Source of the DNA: Streptosporangiaceae bacterium
Lineage (GTDB): Bacteria; Actinomycetota; Actinomycetes; Streptosporangiales; Streptosporangiaceae
Assembly (NCBI GenBank): GCA_050013415.1
Contig: JBEKFH010000001.1
Span: 5,936-69,935 of the forward strand
Length of the DNA: 64,000 nt
Direction of reading: 5' to 3'
This document shows positions 41,955-52,600 of the stretch, piece after piece. The translations under genes were made by a program, and so were the position numbers. Position 1 is the stretch's first letter; each line of letters begins with the position of its first letter. A model generated the notes under the pieces. That model was not told where the DNA came from and ran no database searches. It worked only from the letters and a program-made list of their open reading frames with translations.

Positions 41955-44900
41955 ATGGACCGGCCCGCCACTAGCGAAGCGGCCACGAGCAAGGCGGCCA
42001 CTAGCAAAGGACAGTGCGTGATGGTGCTCGATGACTTCCGGTCCCGCGTCGCGCAAGCGCCGGACGCGATCGCCGTGCGGGACGGCGGCACGTGCCTGAC
42101 CTATGGTGAACTGGCCAGGCACGCCTCGGATCTGGCGGCCAGGCTGGCCCGGCGCGGGGCCGGGCCTGATGACGTGGTGGCCGTCTATGCCGACAGGTCC
42201 GCCGAGCTTGTCGTCGCCGAGCTTGCCGTGCTGCTGGCCGGCGCTGCCTACCTGCCGCTCGATCCGGCCCACCCGGCCGCCCGGACAGCCGAGCTGCTCG
42301 CGCTGTCGGGGGCAGTAGCCGTGGTCAGCACCGGGCCGCTGCTGTCCGCTGGCGCGCCGCTCGGCGACAATCCTGAAATCGTCGACCTGGCGCAGGTACC
42401 CGCGGAGCCCGCAGAGCCCCCGGAGCCCGCAGCGCCCGCGGCGTCGCCGGGCCGGCCGGACGACGCCGCGCTGGCCTACGTGATTTTCACCTCGGGCTCG
42501 ACGGGCCGACCCAAGGCGGTCGGGGTCAGCCACGGCAGCCTCGCGAACCTGATGCGCTGGCGCACAGAGGCCTACCGGCTGGGCCCGCGCGACCGGACGA
42601 CGCTGCTGTGCAGCCCCGGGTTCGACGTGGCGGTCTGGGACACCTGGCCCACACTGGCCGCCGGGGGGACACTGGTGGTGCCGCCCGTGCAGGTGCGCAC
42701 GTCGCCCGCTGACCTGGTCGGCTGGCTGGCGGACGAGCAGATCACTGCGACGTTCCTGCCGACGCCGCTGGCCGAGGCGGTGCTCGACGAGCGGTGGCCG
42801 GCCCACACGGTGCTCAGGATGATGCACACCGGCGGCTCGGCGCTGCTGCGCGGAGTGCCGCCCGGGCTTCCGTTCATCCTGGTCAACCTCTACGGGCCGG
42901 CCGAGTGCACGGTGGGCGTGACCACCACCCCGGTGCTGCCGGGCGGCCCCGTGCCGCCGCCGATCGGGGTTCCGATCGACGGCGTTCGGTGCTACGTGCT
43001 CGACGGCCTGGAGCCGGTGCCCGATGGCGAGCCGGGCGAGATGTGCCTGGCCGGCGCATGCGTGGCGCGCGGCTACCTGGGCGACCCGGCGGCCACGGCC
43101 AGGTCCTTCGTGCCGGACATCACGGGCGGCGGGCAGCGGATGTACCGGACCGGCGACAAGGTCCGCCGCCGGGCCGACGGGTCGTTCGAGTACCTCGGCA
43201 GACTCGACGATCAGGTCAAGATCCGCGGGTTCCGGATCGAGCCGGGCGAGGTGGCCGCGGCGCTGCGGCAGCATCCGGCGGTCCGCGAGTGCTTCGTGGC
43301 CGCCGAGCGGTCCGGTCCCGCTGACCCGCGCCTGATTGGCTACGTTGCCGCCGACGCCACCCCCGCCGAGCTGCTTCAGTTCGCCGCGGCGCGGCTGCCC
43401 GGCTACATGGTGCCCGCTGCGATCGTCGTGCTGCCGGCGCTACCGATGACGCCCAACGGCAAGGTGGACCGCGCCGCGCTGCCCGCGCCCGGCCGGGCGG
43501 CGGCCGGCCTGGCCGAGGTGGCCGCGGCCGAGCGCACGCCCACGGAGGGCGTGCTGGCGCGGATCGTGGCCCGGCTGCTCGGGGGCCCCGCGGCCGGCGA
43601 TGCAGCAGCCGGCGATGCAGCGGCCGGCGCAACCGTGGTCGGCGCCGAAGACGACTTCTTTGCCCTCGGCGGCACCTCGCTGCTGGTCGGGCGGCTGGCT
43701 GCCCAGATCGCCGCCGAGCTGCACGTCACGGTCAGCATGGCCGACCTGCTCCGGGCCCGCACGGTGGCCGCGATCGGTGCCATGGTCGACGAGCGGGCCG
43801 GCCAGCACGCCGCGGTGGCCAGCCCGGGGCCAGGCTCCTGGCCGGTCCCGCCAGCCAGGCCGCCGATCCGCCCGGGCCGCCGGGACCGGCCGATACCGCT
43901 GTCGCTGGAACAGCAGCGGGTGTGGTTCTTCGAGCAGCTGTCACCGGGGAACCTGGCCTACAACTTCCAGGCCACGGTGTCCCTGCACGGCGAGGTGCGC
44001 ACCGAGGCGCTGCGCGCGGCGCTCGACGAGATCGTGCGCAGGCACGAGATCCTGCGGACTGCGTTCGTCACGGTCGACGGGGTCGCCATGCAGCGGCCGG
44101 CCGCGTTCGCGAGAGCGCCGCTGCGGGTGCTCGACGTCCCCGCCGAGCACGCCGACGAGGTCATCGCCGCGGAACTGCGCCGGGGGTTCGACCTGACCAG
44201 GCCGCCGCTGGCGCGCTGGATGCTGCTGCGCCATGCAGGCGGCGAGAACACGTTCGTGCACATGGAGCACCATTTCGTGCACGACGGATGGTCGCTGGCC
44301 GTGCTGCTGTCCGAGCTGCGGGCGCTCTACCAGGCCTTCGCGGCCGGCCAGCCATCGCCGCTGCCCGATCTCGCCGTCCAGTACGCGGACTACGCGCTCT
44401 GGCAGCGGGAGTGGATGCGGGGCAAGGTGCTGCGGGCCCACGTGGACCACTGGACCGCCCTGCTGGCCGGCGCACCCGACATCCTGGAGCTGCCGGCCGA
44501 CCGCCCCCGGCCGCCGGTCATGACCCTCCGCGGCGCGGCCCCGCGGATCAAGGTTCCGGCCGAGTTGTCCCGCGCGCTGCGCTCGTTCAGCCGGCAGCAT
44601 CGGGTGTCGCTGTTCTCCACCATGTACGCCGGCTTCGCGGCACTGCTGTACCGCTACACCGGGCAGCAGGATCTGCTCGTGGGCACCGGCGCGGCGAACC
44701 GCAGCCTGCCCGAGCTCGAGCCGCTGGTCGGCATGATCGTCAACACCCTGGTGCTGCGGACTCAGGTGGCGGGCCAGATGTCGTTCACCGACCTGCTCGA
44801 CCAGGTGCAGCGGACCGTCGTCGATGCGCTGGCCTGGTCAGAAACCCCCGTTGACGCCATCATCGACGCGATCGGCCCGGAGCGTGACCCGTCCCGCACC

Positions 44901-47900
44901 CCGCTGTTCCAGATCATGTTCAGCTTCCACGACTCCGCCGTGCCCGACCTGGACTTCGGCGGGCTCACCGGCGCTGTCACCGAGCGCGCGAACGGCTCGG
45001 CCAAGTCCGACCTCAACGTGATCGTGGTGCCGCGGGCCGCGCAGCGGCTTGGCCGCGAGGCCCGGCCCGAGGACGACGACCTGAGCCTAATCTGGGAGCA
45101 TTCGACCGACCTATTCGACGAGGCCACCATGTCGCGGATGGTCACGCACTACCGGAACCTGCTCACCGATGCCGTGGCCAGGCCGACTGCCGGGATTGAC
45201 GAGCTGCAGATGCTCACCGGCGCCGAGTCGCGGCTGATCGGCTCCTGGAGCCGGGGGCCGGGGGCTACCGATGCCGGGTCGGCCACCGATGCCGCCTACC
45301 CCGCGGACGCGACCATCCCCGCGTTGTTTGCTGCCCAGGTCGCCAGGGACCCGGACGCGACCGCACTCGTCACCGGCACCATCACAGGCACCGGCTCCGG
45401 CACAGTGACCTACGCCGAGCTGGACCGGCACAGCAACGCGCTGGCCTGGCTGCTGCGCCGCCGCGGCGTGGGCGCGGACATGCCGGTCGGGGTGGCGATC
45501 GAGCGCGGCGCGGACTGCGTCGCCGCGCTGCTGGCCGTGCTGAAGGCCGGCGGCGCCTACCTGCCGATCGACACCGGCAGCCCGGCGCCCCGGGTCGCCG
45601 CCATGATCGCGACCGCGGGCGCCCGGCTCGTACTGGTCACGGCCGGGACCGCGGCCGCCATGCCCCAGCTGGCGGGCGTGGATCTGATCCGCGTCGACTC
45701 CGCGCCCGTCCTGGCCGCCGATGAGCGGGCGGCACCGCCGGACATCGCGCATCCGCTGAGCCTGGCCTACATCAGCTTCACCTCCGGCTCGACCGGCGTG
45801 CCGAAGGGCGTCGCCGTGCCGCAGCGTGCCGTCATCCGGCTGATCAGCGACCCGACGTTTGCCTCACTCGGCCCCGGCGAGCGGCTGCTGCACCTGTCCC
45901 CGGTCGCGTTCGATGCCTCCACGCTCGAAATCTGGGGCGCGCTGCTGACCGGCGCCGCGATCGTGGTCGCGCCGCCCGGGCCTCTCGGGCTGCCGGATGT
46001 CGCGGCGCTGCTGCGCGACGCCGGCGTGACGGTGGCCTGGCTCACCGCCGGGTTGTTCCACCAGCTGGCCGAGGCGGACATCGACGCGATCGCCGACGTC
46101 CCCGTCGTCCTGGCGGGCGGCGACGTGCTTAATCCCGACACGGTGCGCGCCGTGCTGACAGCGCGCCGCGGCCGTCCGCTGGTCAACGGGTACGGCCCGA
46201 CCGAGAACACCACCTTCACCGCCTGCCATGTGATGACCGACCCGAGCCAGGTGGGGCCGACGGTGCCGATCGGCCGGCCGATCCAGCACACCACCGCGGC
46301 TGTCCTGGACCAGCGCGGGCAGCCCGCGCCGATCGGCGTGACCGGCGAGCTGTATGCCGGCGGGGACGGGCTGGCCCGCGGCTACGCCGGGAACGCCGCG
46401 GCGACGGCGCGGGCGTTCGTGCCCGATCCCTCCGGGCACGGCACGCGGCTGTACCGGACCGGGGACCTGGCTCGCTGGCGCGCGGACGGGGCGCTCGAAT
46501 TCGTCGGCCGCGTGGACGATCAGATCAAGATCCGCGGGTTCCGGGTCGAGCCCGGCGAGGTCGAGGCGGTCCTCCGCGCGCATCCGGGAGTGCGGGAGGC
46601 GATCGTCCTGGCAGCGGGCGAGGGCGCGGAGCGGCACCTCGTCGGCTACGTGACGCCGAAGGACGGCGTGGATCCCGCTGCGCTGCGGCCGTCGCTGCTG
46701 CGTGAGTTCGTCGCGGGCCGGCTGCCGGATTACCTGGTGCCCACGGGGTTCAGGACCATCGCCCGGCTCCCGCTGAACGCCAACGGCAAGGTCGACCGTG
46801 CCGCGCTGCCCGCGCCCGAGCGGGAGGCCCGCAGGCAGGCCACCCCGCCGCGCGGCGCCACCGAGGAGCGGCTCGCCGACATCTGGCGGCTGCTGCTGCC
46901 GGCCGACAGTCCCCGCGGCGGCGATGTCGGCCGGGAGGACAGCTTCTTCGCGCTTGGCGGCAACTCGCTGTCCGCGGCGCGGCTGATGTTCCGGATCCGC
47001 GAGGTGTTCGACGTCGAGCTGCGGATGGCCGTGTTCTACGAGGCACCCACTCTCGCCGCCTGCGCCGCCGCGATCGACGCGGCCCGGCCGGCTGGGCGGG
47101 CCGCGGTTCATCCGCCGCTGCCGGCGGTGGCGCCGCCCGGCATCGGCCGCAGGGACCGGAGCGCCTACCGCGTGGCCGCCCGGCGCCCGGCGCCCGACCA
47201 GCGGCCGGCGCCCGACCAGCGGCCGGCGCCCGACCAGCGCTTCGCGCCGGACCAGCCGTCCGCGCAGGACCAGCCGTCCGCGCCAGCGCAGCATCTCGTG
47301 CCGCTGGCCGGCGACTGGGCACTGTGGCGAACGGTGTGCCTGCGCGGGGCGGGTTTCCCTATCCACTTGCTCGGCGCGCTGGGAGACGCCGGCCTTGCGC
47401 GCGCCGCGGACGCCGTCCTCGCCGCGGACACCGCCACCCCCGCGAACGGGCCCGCTCTCGGGGAGGCCGCTGCTCCCGGGGGAGCCGCCGCGGATCCGGC
47501 GGCGCGGGACCGGGCGGCCGCCGCCTACGCGGCCGAGTTCACCGCCGCGGTCCGGCGCCTGTCCGCCGCCCTGCACGAGGCGGCCGGCCTGCCGGCGCTG
47601 CGGGAGGCGGTCGCCTGGCAGAACCGGCACGCGCTGACGACCGGCATCGACGTGCTGGTCCGCCGCGGGCCTGAGCCAGGCACCCGCAACGCTCAGCGCA
47701 AGCAGCACCAGGCGCTGGTCGCGAGCTATCTGCAGCGGTACTGCGCGAAGAACGACACCATCGGCTTCTTCGGGCCGGTGGGCTGGTCGCAGATCGATGA
47801 CGGCGCCGGCATCCGGATCACCCGCGCCGCACCGGGAGGCTCGCTGGCTGCCCGCGTCACCTACCTGGAGGGCTGGGCCGTGCGCGCGATCATGGCCGAT

Positions 47901-49676
47901 CACGTCAGCTCGCTGCGTCCCTGGCTCGTGCCGCGGCGGATGCCGTTCGTGGATGTCGACGGCACGCTGCTGCGCCTGCCGCTGGCGCCGGTGGTGCCGC
48001 TGACGCCGGCCGAGGCGGCGGTCCTGCGGGCGGTCGACGGCAGCCGTGACGCCCGCGGCGTCGCGGCCGCCGTGCTGGCCGATCCCCGGGCCGGCGTCCG
48101 CGATGCCGCGGAGGTCTTCGCGCTGCTGGAGCGGCTCGCCGACAGCCACCGGCTGGCCTGGCAGGTCGACGTGGCCCCGCAGGACATCCGGCCCGAGCGC
48201 TCCCTGCGGGCGGTGCTGTCGCGGGTCACCGACGACGCCGTCCGCCGGCCGGCCGAAACAGCCCTCGACGAGCTGACCGCCGCCCGGGACGAACTGGCCG
48301 CCGCCGGCGGCGACGCGGAGCGGGTGGCCGGCGCCATGGCCGGCCTGGAGGCGACGTTCACCCGGCTGGCCGGCGTCCCGCCCACCCGGCGGGCGGGCGA
48401 GCTCTACGCCGGCCGGACGCTGGCCTATGAGGAATGCCTGCGCGGCGACACCGTGCGGCTCGGCGCGGACACCCTGGACGGCCTCCGCGAGCCGCTGGCG
48501 CTGGTGCTCGACAGCGCACGGTGGTTCATCACTACCGGCGGGGCGCTGTACGCGCAGTACTTCGAGGAGGCTTACCGGCAGCGAGCGGCGGCGCTCGGCA
48601 CCGATGTCGTGCCGTTCGCCGATATCTGGCTGATCGTTAACGACGCGCTGTTCAGCCAGCCGCCGCCGCTCATCGAGCCTGCGGTGCGCGCGCTGCGGCA
48701 GCGCTGGTCGTCGATCCTGGATCTGCCGCCCGGCGCCCGGCGGGTCCAGCTCCGGGCCGCCGACCTGCGAGAGCGGGTGACATCGCAGTTCCCGGCCCAG
48801 CCGCTGCCCTGGCCGATGGCGGTGCACCACAGCCCCGACCTGATGATCGCGGGCGCGGACGCGGCCGCCGGCGGCCGGCTCACCTGGGTGCTCGGCGAGG
48901 TCCACCCCAGCGTCATCACCTCGCGTTACGCCACGTGGCTGGAGTTCCATGACGCGCAGGATGCCGTGCACGACGCCATCCGCCGTGACCTGCGCGGCGC
49001 CGCCGTGTGGCTCGCCGAGACCGCCGAGAAAGGCGGCACCTGCACGCGGCAGTCGAATGTGCTGCCGTCGCCCGGCGATCTCCGGCTCGTCTTCGCGCAC
49101 GATTCCTGCGGCTATGACCCCGCTGCCACCCTGCCGGTCGGCGAGTGCGACCTGATCGGCTCCCCGGCCGGGCTGCGGGTGCGGCGCCGCGACGGGACCT
49201 TCGAGCGCGGCCTGCTGGAGGTCGTCGGAGACCTGATCAGCACTACCATCACCAACCGCTTCGACCTGGTGCCCCCGGGCGCGCACACGCCGCGGGTGAC
49301 CATCGACGACCTGGTGGTGAGCCGCGAGCGGTGGACGCTCCCCGCCACCGAGCCCGCCTTCGCCGACACCGCCGAGGAGAGCGCCCGCTACCTGCAGGCC
49401 AGGGCGTGGGCGGCGCGGCACGGGCTGCCACGGCACGTGTTCCTGCGGTTCACCGGCGAGCGAAAGCCGATCTACGCGGACCTGACCAGCCTCGCGTCGA
49501 TCGACCTGATCTCCCGGTCGCTGCGCCGTGCCCGCCGGCAGGCCAGCGCCGACGCGACGGTGACCGTCGTGGAGATGCTGCCCGCCCCGGACCAGGCGTG
49601 GCTGACCGACGCCCAGGGCCAGCGCTACACCGCGGAACTCCGCATGGTGGCGGTCGACCAGAGGCAGGAAGGCTGA
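41955..49676 (+). CDS. NRPS 1: A-T-C-A-T followed by a LanB-type (lantibiotic dehydratase N-terminal-like) domain
   Basis: 2573 aa. A1 ~42030-43480 (YVIFTSGSTGRPKAV, NLYGPAE, YRTGD, GRLDDQVKIRGFRIEPGE, PNGKVDRAAL). T1 ~43530-43790 (FFALGGTSLL). C ~43890-45200 (MEHHFVHDGWS). A2 ~45300-46810 (YISFTSGSTGVPKGV, NGYGPTE, YRTGD, NANGKVDRAAL). T2 ~46850-47070 (FFALGGNSLS). A repeat linker follows, then ~794 aa without NRPS motifs. Confidence 0.9.
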   Translation: MDRPATSEAATSKAATSKGQCVMVLDDFRSRVAQAPDAIAVRDGGTCLTYGELARHASDLAARLARRGAGPDDVVAVYADRSAELVVAELAVLLAGAAYLPLDPAHPAARTAELLALSGAVAVVSTGPLLSAGAPLGDNPEIVDLAQVPAEPAEPPEPAAPAASPGRPDDAALAYVIFTSGSTGRPKAVGVSHGSLANLMRWRTEAYRLGPRDRTTLLCSPGFDVAVWDTWPTLAAGGTLVVPPVQVRTSPADLVGWLADEQITATFLPTPLAEAVLDERWPAHTVLRMMHTGGSALLRGVPPGLPFILVNLYGPAECTVGVTTTPVLPGGPVPPPIGVPIDGVRCYVLDGLEPVPDGEPGEMCLAGACVARGYLGDPAATARSFVPDITGGGQRMYRTGDKVRRRADGSFEYLGRLDDQVKIRGFRIEPGEVAAALRQHPAVRECFVAAERSGPADPRLIGYVAADATPAELLQFAAARLPGYMVPAAIVVLPALPMTPNGKVDRAALPAPGRAAAGLAEVAAAERTPTEGVLARIVARLLGGPAAGDAAAGDAAAGATVVGAEDDFFALGGTSLLVGRLAAQIAAELHVTVSMADLLRARTVAAIGAMVDERAGQHAAVASPGPGSWPVPPARPPIRPGRRDRPIPLSLEQQRVWFFEQLSPGNLAYNFQATVSLHGEVRTEALRAALDEIVRRHEILRTAFVTVDGVAMQRPAAFARAPLRVLDVPAEHADEVIAAELRRGFDLTRPPLARWMLLRHAGGENTFVHMEHHFVHDGWSLAVLLSELRALYQAFAAGQPSPLPDLAVQYADYALWQREWMRGKVLRAHVDHWTALLAGAPDILELPADRPRPPVMTLRGAAPRIKVPAELSRALRSFSRQHRVSLFSTMYAGFAALLYRYTGQQDLLVGTGAANRSLPELEPLVGMIVNTLVLRTQVAGQMSFTDLLDQVQRTVVDALAWSETPVDAIIDAIGPERDPSRTPLFQIMFSFHDSAVPDLDFGGLTGAVTERANGSAKSDLNVIVVPRAAQRLGREARPEDDDLSLIWEHSTDLFDEATMSRMVTHYRNLLTDAVARPTAGIDELQMLTGAESRLIGSWSRGPGATDAGSATDAAYPADATIPALFAAQVARDPDATALVTGTITGTGSGTVTYAELDRHSNALAWLLRRRGVGADMPVGVAIERGADCVAALLAVLKAGGAYLPIDTGSPAPRVAAMIATAGARLVLVTAGTAAAMPQLAGVDLIRVDSAPVLAADERAAPPDIAHPLSLAYISFTSGSTGVPKGVAVPQRAVIRLISDPTFASLGPGERLLHLSPVAFDASTLEIWGALLTGAAIVVAPPGPLGLPDVAALLRDAGVTVAWLTAGLFHQLAEADIDAIADVPVVLAGGDVLNPDTVRAVLTARRGRPLVNGYGPTENTTFTACHVMTDPSQVGPTVPIGRPIQHTTAAVLDQRGQPAPIGVTGELYAGGDGLARGYAGNAAATARAFVPDPSGHGTRLYRTGDLARWRADGALEFVGRVDDQIKIRGFRVEPGEVEAVLRAHPGVREAIVLAAGEGAERHLVGYVTPKDGVDPAALRPSLLREFVAGRLPDYLVPTGFRTIARLPLNANGKVDRAALPAPEREARRQATPPRGATEERLADIWRLLLPADSPRGGDVGREDSFFALGGNSLSAARLMFRIREVFDVELRMAVFYEAPTLAACAAAIDAARPAGRAAVHPPLPAVAPPGIGRRDRSAYRVAARRPAPDQRPAPDQRPAPDQRFAPDQPSAQDQPSAPAQHLVPLAGDWALWRTVCLRGAGFPIHLLGALGDAGLARAADAVLAADTATPANGPALGEAAAPGGAAADPAARDRAAAAYAAEFTAAVRRLSAALHEAAGLPALREAVAWQNRHALTTGIDVLVRRGPEPGTRNAQRKQHQALVASYLQRYCAKNDTIGFFGPVGWSQIDDGAGIRITRAAPGGSLAARVTYLEGWAVRAIMADHVSSLRPWLVPRRMPFVDVDGTLLRLPLAPVVPLTPAEAAVLRAVDGSRDARGVAAAVLADPRAGVRDAAEVFALLERLADSHRLAWQVDVAPQDIRPERSLRAVLSRVTDDAVRRPAETALDELTAARDELAAAGGDAERVAGAMAGLEATFTRLAGVPPTRRAGELYAGRTLAYEECLRGDTVRLGADTLDGLREPLALVLDSARWFITTGGALYAQYFEEAYRQRAAALGTDVVPFADIWLIVNDALFSQPPPLIEPAVRALRQRWSSILDLPPGARRVQLRAADLRERVTSQFPAQPLPWPMAVHHSPDLMIAGADAAAGGRLTWVLGEVHPSVITSRYATWLEFHDAQDAVHDAIRRDLRGAAVWLAETAEKGGTCTRQSNVLPSPGDLRLVFAHDSCGYDPAATLPVGECDLIGSPAGLRVRRRDGTFERGLLEVVGDLISTTITNRFDLVPPGAHTPRVTIDDLVVSRERWTLPATEPAFADTAEESARYLQARAWAARHGLPRHVFLRFTGERKPIYADLTSLASIDLISRSLRRARRQASADATVTVVEMLPAPDQAWLTDAQGQRYTAELRMVAVDQRQEG
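47187..47276 (+). repeat. In-frame tandem repeat, 18-bp unit x 5 (ccggcgcccgaccagcgg; PAPDQR), linking T2 to the LanB-like domain
   Basis: Units at 47187, 47205 and 47223 are near-perfect. Units at 47241 and 47259 are diverged. Confidence 0.85.
47292..49673 (+). other. LanB-type domain (Lant_dehydr_N-like, glutamylation/aminoacyl-tRNA-dependent family) fused to the NRPS; no elimination domain
   Basis: aa ~1780-2573 of NRPS 1. Sequence blocks: HLVPLAGDWALWRTVCLRGAGFP, YLQRYCAKNDTIGFFGPVGW, VVSRERWTLP, ARAWAARHGLPRHVFLRFTGERKPIYADLTSLASIDL. The assignment rests on my recollection of the family and no HMM was run. Confidence 0.6.
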
Positions 49677-49678
49677 TC

Positions 49679-52600
49679 GTGGCCGTCTACGAGTTCCCCA
49701 CCTCCTTCGGCCAGCGGCGGATGTGGCTGCTGGCCGAGATGGACCCCGGTGAGCCCACCTACAACATCACCTGGGCGCTGTGGCTGGACGGTCCGCTCGA
49801 CGTCAGCGCGCTGCAGCGGGCCTGGGACGCCGCGCTGGTCAGGCACGAGGCGCTGCGCACGATCTTTAGGAACGAGGCCGGGGTGCCGGTGCAGGTCATC
49901 GAGGACGAGCCGTCCGCGCGGCCGCTGCACGTCAGCTCCGTCGAGCAGCTCGGCGCGGCCGAGCGGGAGCCCGCCGCGCTGGACCTGATCCGCAGCCTGG
50001 CCGGCATACCCTTCGACCTGGCCACCGGACCGCTCGCTCGCGCCGCCCTGGTGCGGCTGTCGCCGGACGCTCACGTGCTCGCGGTGGTGATGCACCACAT
50101 CGTCGCCGACGGCTGGTCGTTCCGGATCCTGTTCGACGAGCTGTCCGCGGATTACGAGGCGATCAGCCGGGGCGGCGACCCGGTTGCCGCGGAACCGCCT
50201 ATTCAGTACGCCGACTACGCCATCTGGCAGATCGAGCACTCCGAGGACGGCGGGTACGCGCCGGCCGGCCGGTTCTGGCGGGCCGAGCTGGCCGATGTCC
50301 CGCCGGCGCTTCCGCTGCCGGCCGATGCGCCCTACCCGGCGCGCCAGACGTTCGCCGCCCGCAGCATCGACTCCGCGATCAGCGCCAGCCTGGCCGGCGC
50401 GCTCAGGGAACTCGCGGCCCGGCACGAGACCACGCCGTTCGCCGTCTTCCTGGCCGCGTACGCCGTCGTGCTGGCCCGGCTGACCGGCAGCGACGACCTG
50501 GTGATCGCGGTGCCGATGGCCGCCCGCACCCGGCCGGAGACCGAGTCGGTCGTCGGGCTGTTCATGAACACCGTCCCGATCCGGATCCGGATCGACGCCG
50601 GCGGGAAGCTCAGCGACCTGGTGCGAGCCGTGCACGCCGCGACCGCGCGGGCGCTGGCGCACCAGGAGCTGCCGTTCGCCCGGGTGGTGGAGCTCGTCAG
50701 GCCCGACCGCGACCCGGCGCGGCTGCCGCTGGCCCAGGTGATGTTCGCGATGGAGGAGTCGTGGGCCGTCCCGGACCGCGGCGGGCTGCGCTGGCGCCCG
50801 GAGCTGGTGGAGAACGGCACCGCCAAGTTCGAGATCGAGCTGACGGTCACCGACGCGCCGGGCGGGCCGCGGATGCGGGTCAACTACAACAGCGACCTCT
50901 TCCGCCCGGCCGCCGGCCAGCTCGTGGCCGACGGCTTCCTGGCGATCCTGCACCGCCTTTGCGACAATCCCGACCAGCTCGTCGCCGACGCGGACATCAT
51001 GCCGCCTGACGCGCTCGCCCTCGTCACGAGCGTGTGGCCGGACGGCGGCCCGGTCGCTGACCCCGGCGCTACCGCCGTGTCCCAGCTATGGGCAGCATGT
51101 GCCGGCGACTCCGTCGTCGCCGCCGGCGCCGGCGGCGAGCTCACCGGCGACGGCGTGCGCGACCTGGCGCGGCGGATCACCGCCGCCGTCCGCGGGCACG
51201 GCGCCGGCATCGGCGACCGGGTCGCGATCCTGCTGCCCCGCGGCACCCGGCTGCTGCCGGCGATCCTGGGCATCTGGTCGGCCGGCGCGTCCTACCTGCC
51301 GCTGGACCCGATCTATCCCGCCCAGCGGCTCGCCACGATGCTCGGCGACGCGGGCGCGGCCGCGATCGTGGTCGACAGCAGCGTGCCCGGCGCGCCGGGC
51401 CTGCCGCCCGGCGCCGCGCCGATCCCGGTGGTGGACCTGGCGACGCTCGCCGCCGCCGGGGATGCCAGGGACACCGGGCCGGTGGCGGGCCTGCCGCCGT
51501 CAGCCGCCGCCGTGACGATCTTCACCTCGGGATCGACCGGCCGGCCGAAGGCGGTCAGCGTGACCCAGGGCGGCATCGCCGCGCTGCTGAACGCGGTGGC
51601 GCCGCTGCTCGCGCTCGGCCCGCGGGACAGATTCGTTGCGACGACGACCTTCGCCTTCGACATCGCGCTGGTCGAGCTGCTCGCGCCGGTGCTGGCCGGC
51701 GGATGCGTCGTGGTCGCCGACGCGGAGCAGGCACGCGACGCGGCCCGGCTGCGGGAACTGCTGACCGGCAGCGGCGCGACAGCTCTGCAGGCGACGCCGG
51801 CCGGCTGGCGGATGCTCGTCGACGCCGACGGGATCCCCGACGGGGTGAAGCTGCGGATGACCGCCGGGGAGCCGCTGCCCCGGGACCTCGCCGACGCGAT
51901 GTGCGCCGGGCCGGACGTGCGCGTGTGGAACCTGTACGGCCCGACCGAGACCACGATCTACTCAGGCGGCGACGCCGTCAGCCCCTCGCCGGCCCCGATC
52001 GAGATCGGGCCGGTCATCGCCGGGACCCAGCTGTACGTGCTCGACGCCGGGCTGCGGCCAGTCCCGCCCGGCGTCATGGGCGAGGTCTACATCGGCGGCG
52101 CCGGGGTCGCCCGCGGCTATCACGGCGCGCCCGGCATGACCGCTGGCCGGTTCATCCCCGACCCGTTCAGCGGGCGGCCCGGCGCTCGCCTGTACCGGAC
52201 CGGCGACGTCGGCCGGTGGCGCGAATCCGGGCGGATCGAGCTGGCCGGCCGCGCGGACCGGCAGATCAAGATCCGCGGCTTCCGGATCGAGAGCGGCGAG
52301 GTCGAGGCAGCCCTGCGGAGCCACGACGACATCGCCCAGGCGGTGGTGTCAGTCCGCGGCGGGGGGCACGACGTCCGGCTCGTCGGCTACCTCGTCACCC
52401 GTTCCGGTGCCACCCGCCCGCCCGCCGGCCTGCGCGAGTTCCTGCGCGAGGTGCTCCCTGACTACATGGTGCCCGCCGCCTTCGTGGTGCTGCCCGCGCT
52501 GCCGCTCACCGGCAGCGGGAAGATCGACTACCGCGCGCTGCCCGAGCCGGACTGGGGCGCGGCCCCCGGCCAGGTCCCGGCCGCGCCGCGGACGCCGGTC

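Noticed and set aside
40080-43274. 1064-aa minus-strand ORF, and similarly the 1190-aa ORF at 45864-49436
   Set aside because: Both are antisense shadow frames of the adenylase/NRPS genes. They are Arg/Gly/Pro-rich with no recognisable motifs, which is typical of stop-poor high-GC DNA.
49145-49678. Upstream extension of the NRPS 2 ORF
   Set aside because: It overlaps the end of NRPS 1 in another frame and reads as Arg/Pro-rich junk. The C-domain sequence starts at GTG 49679, which has an RBS.
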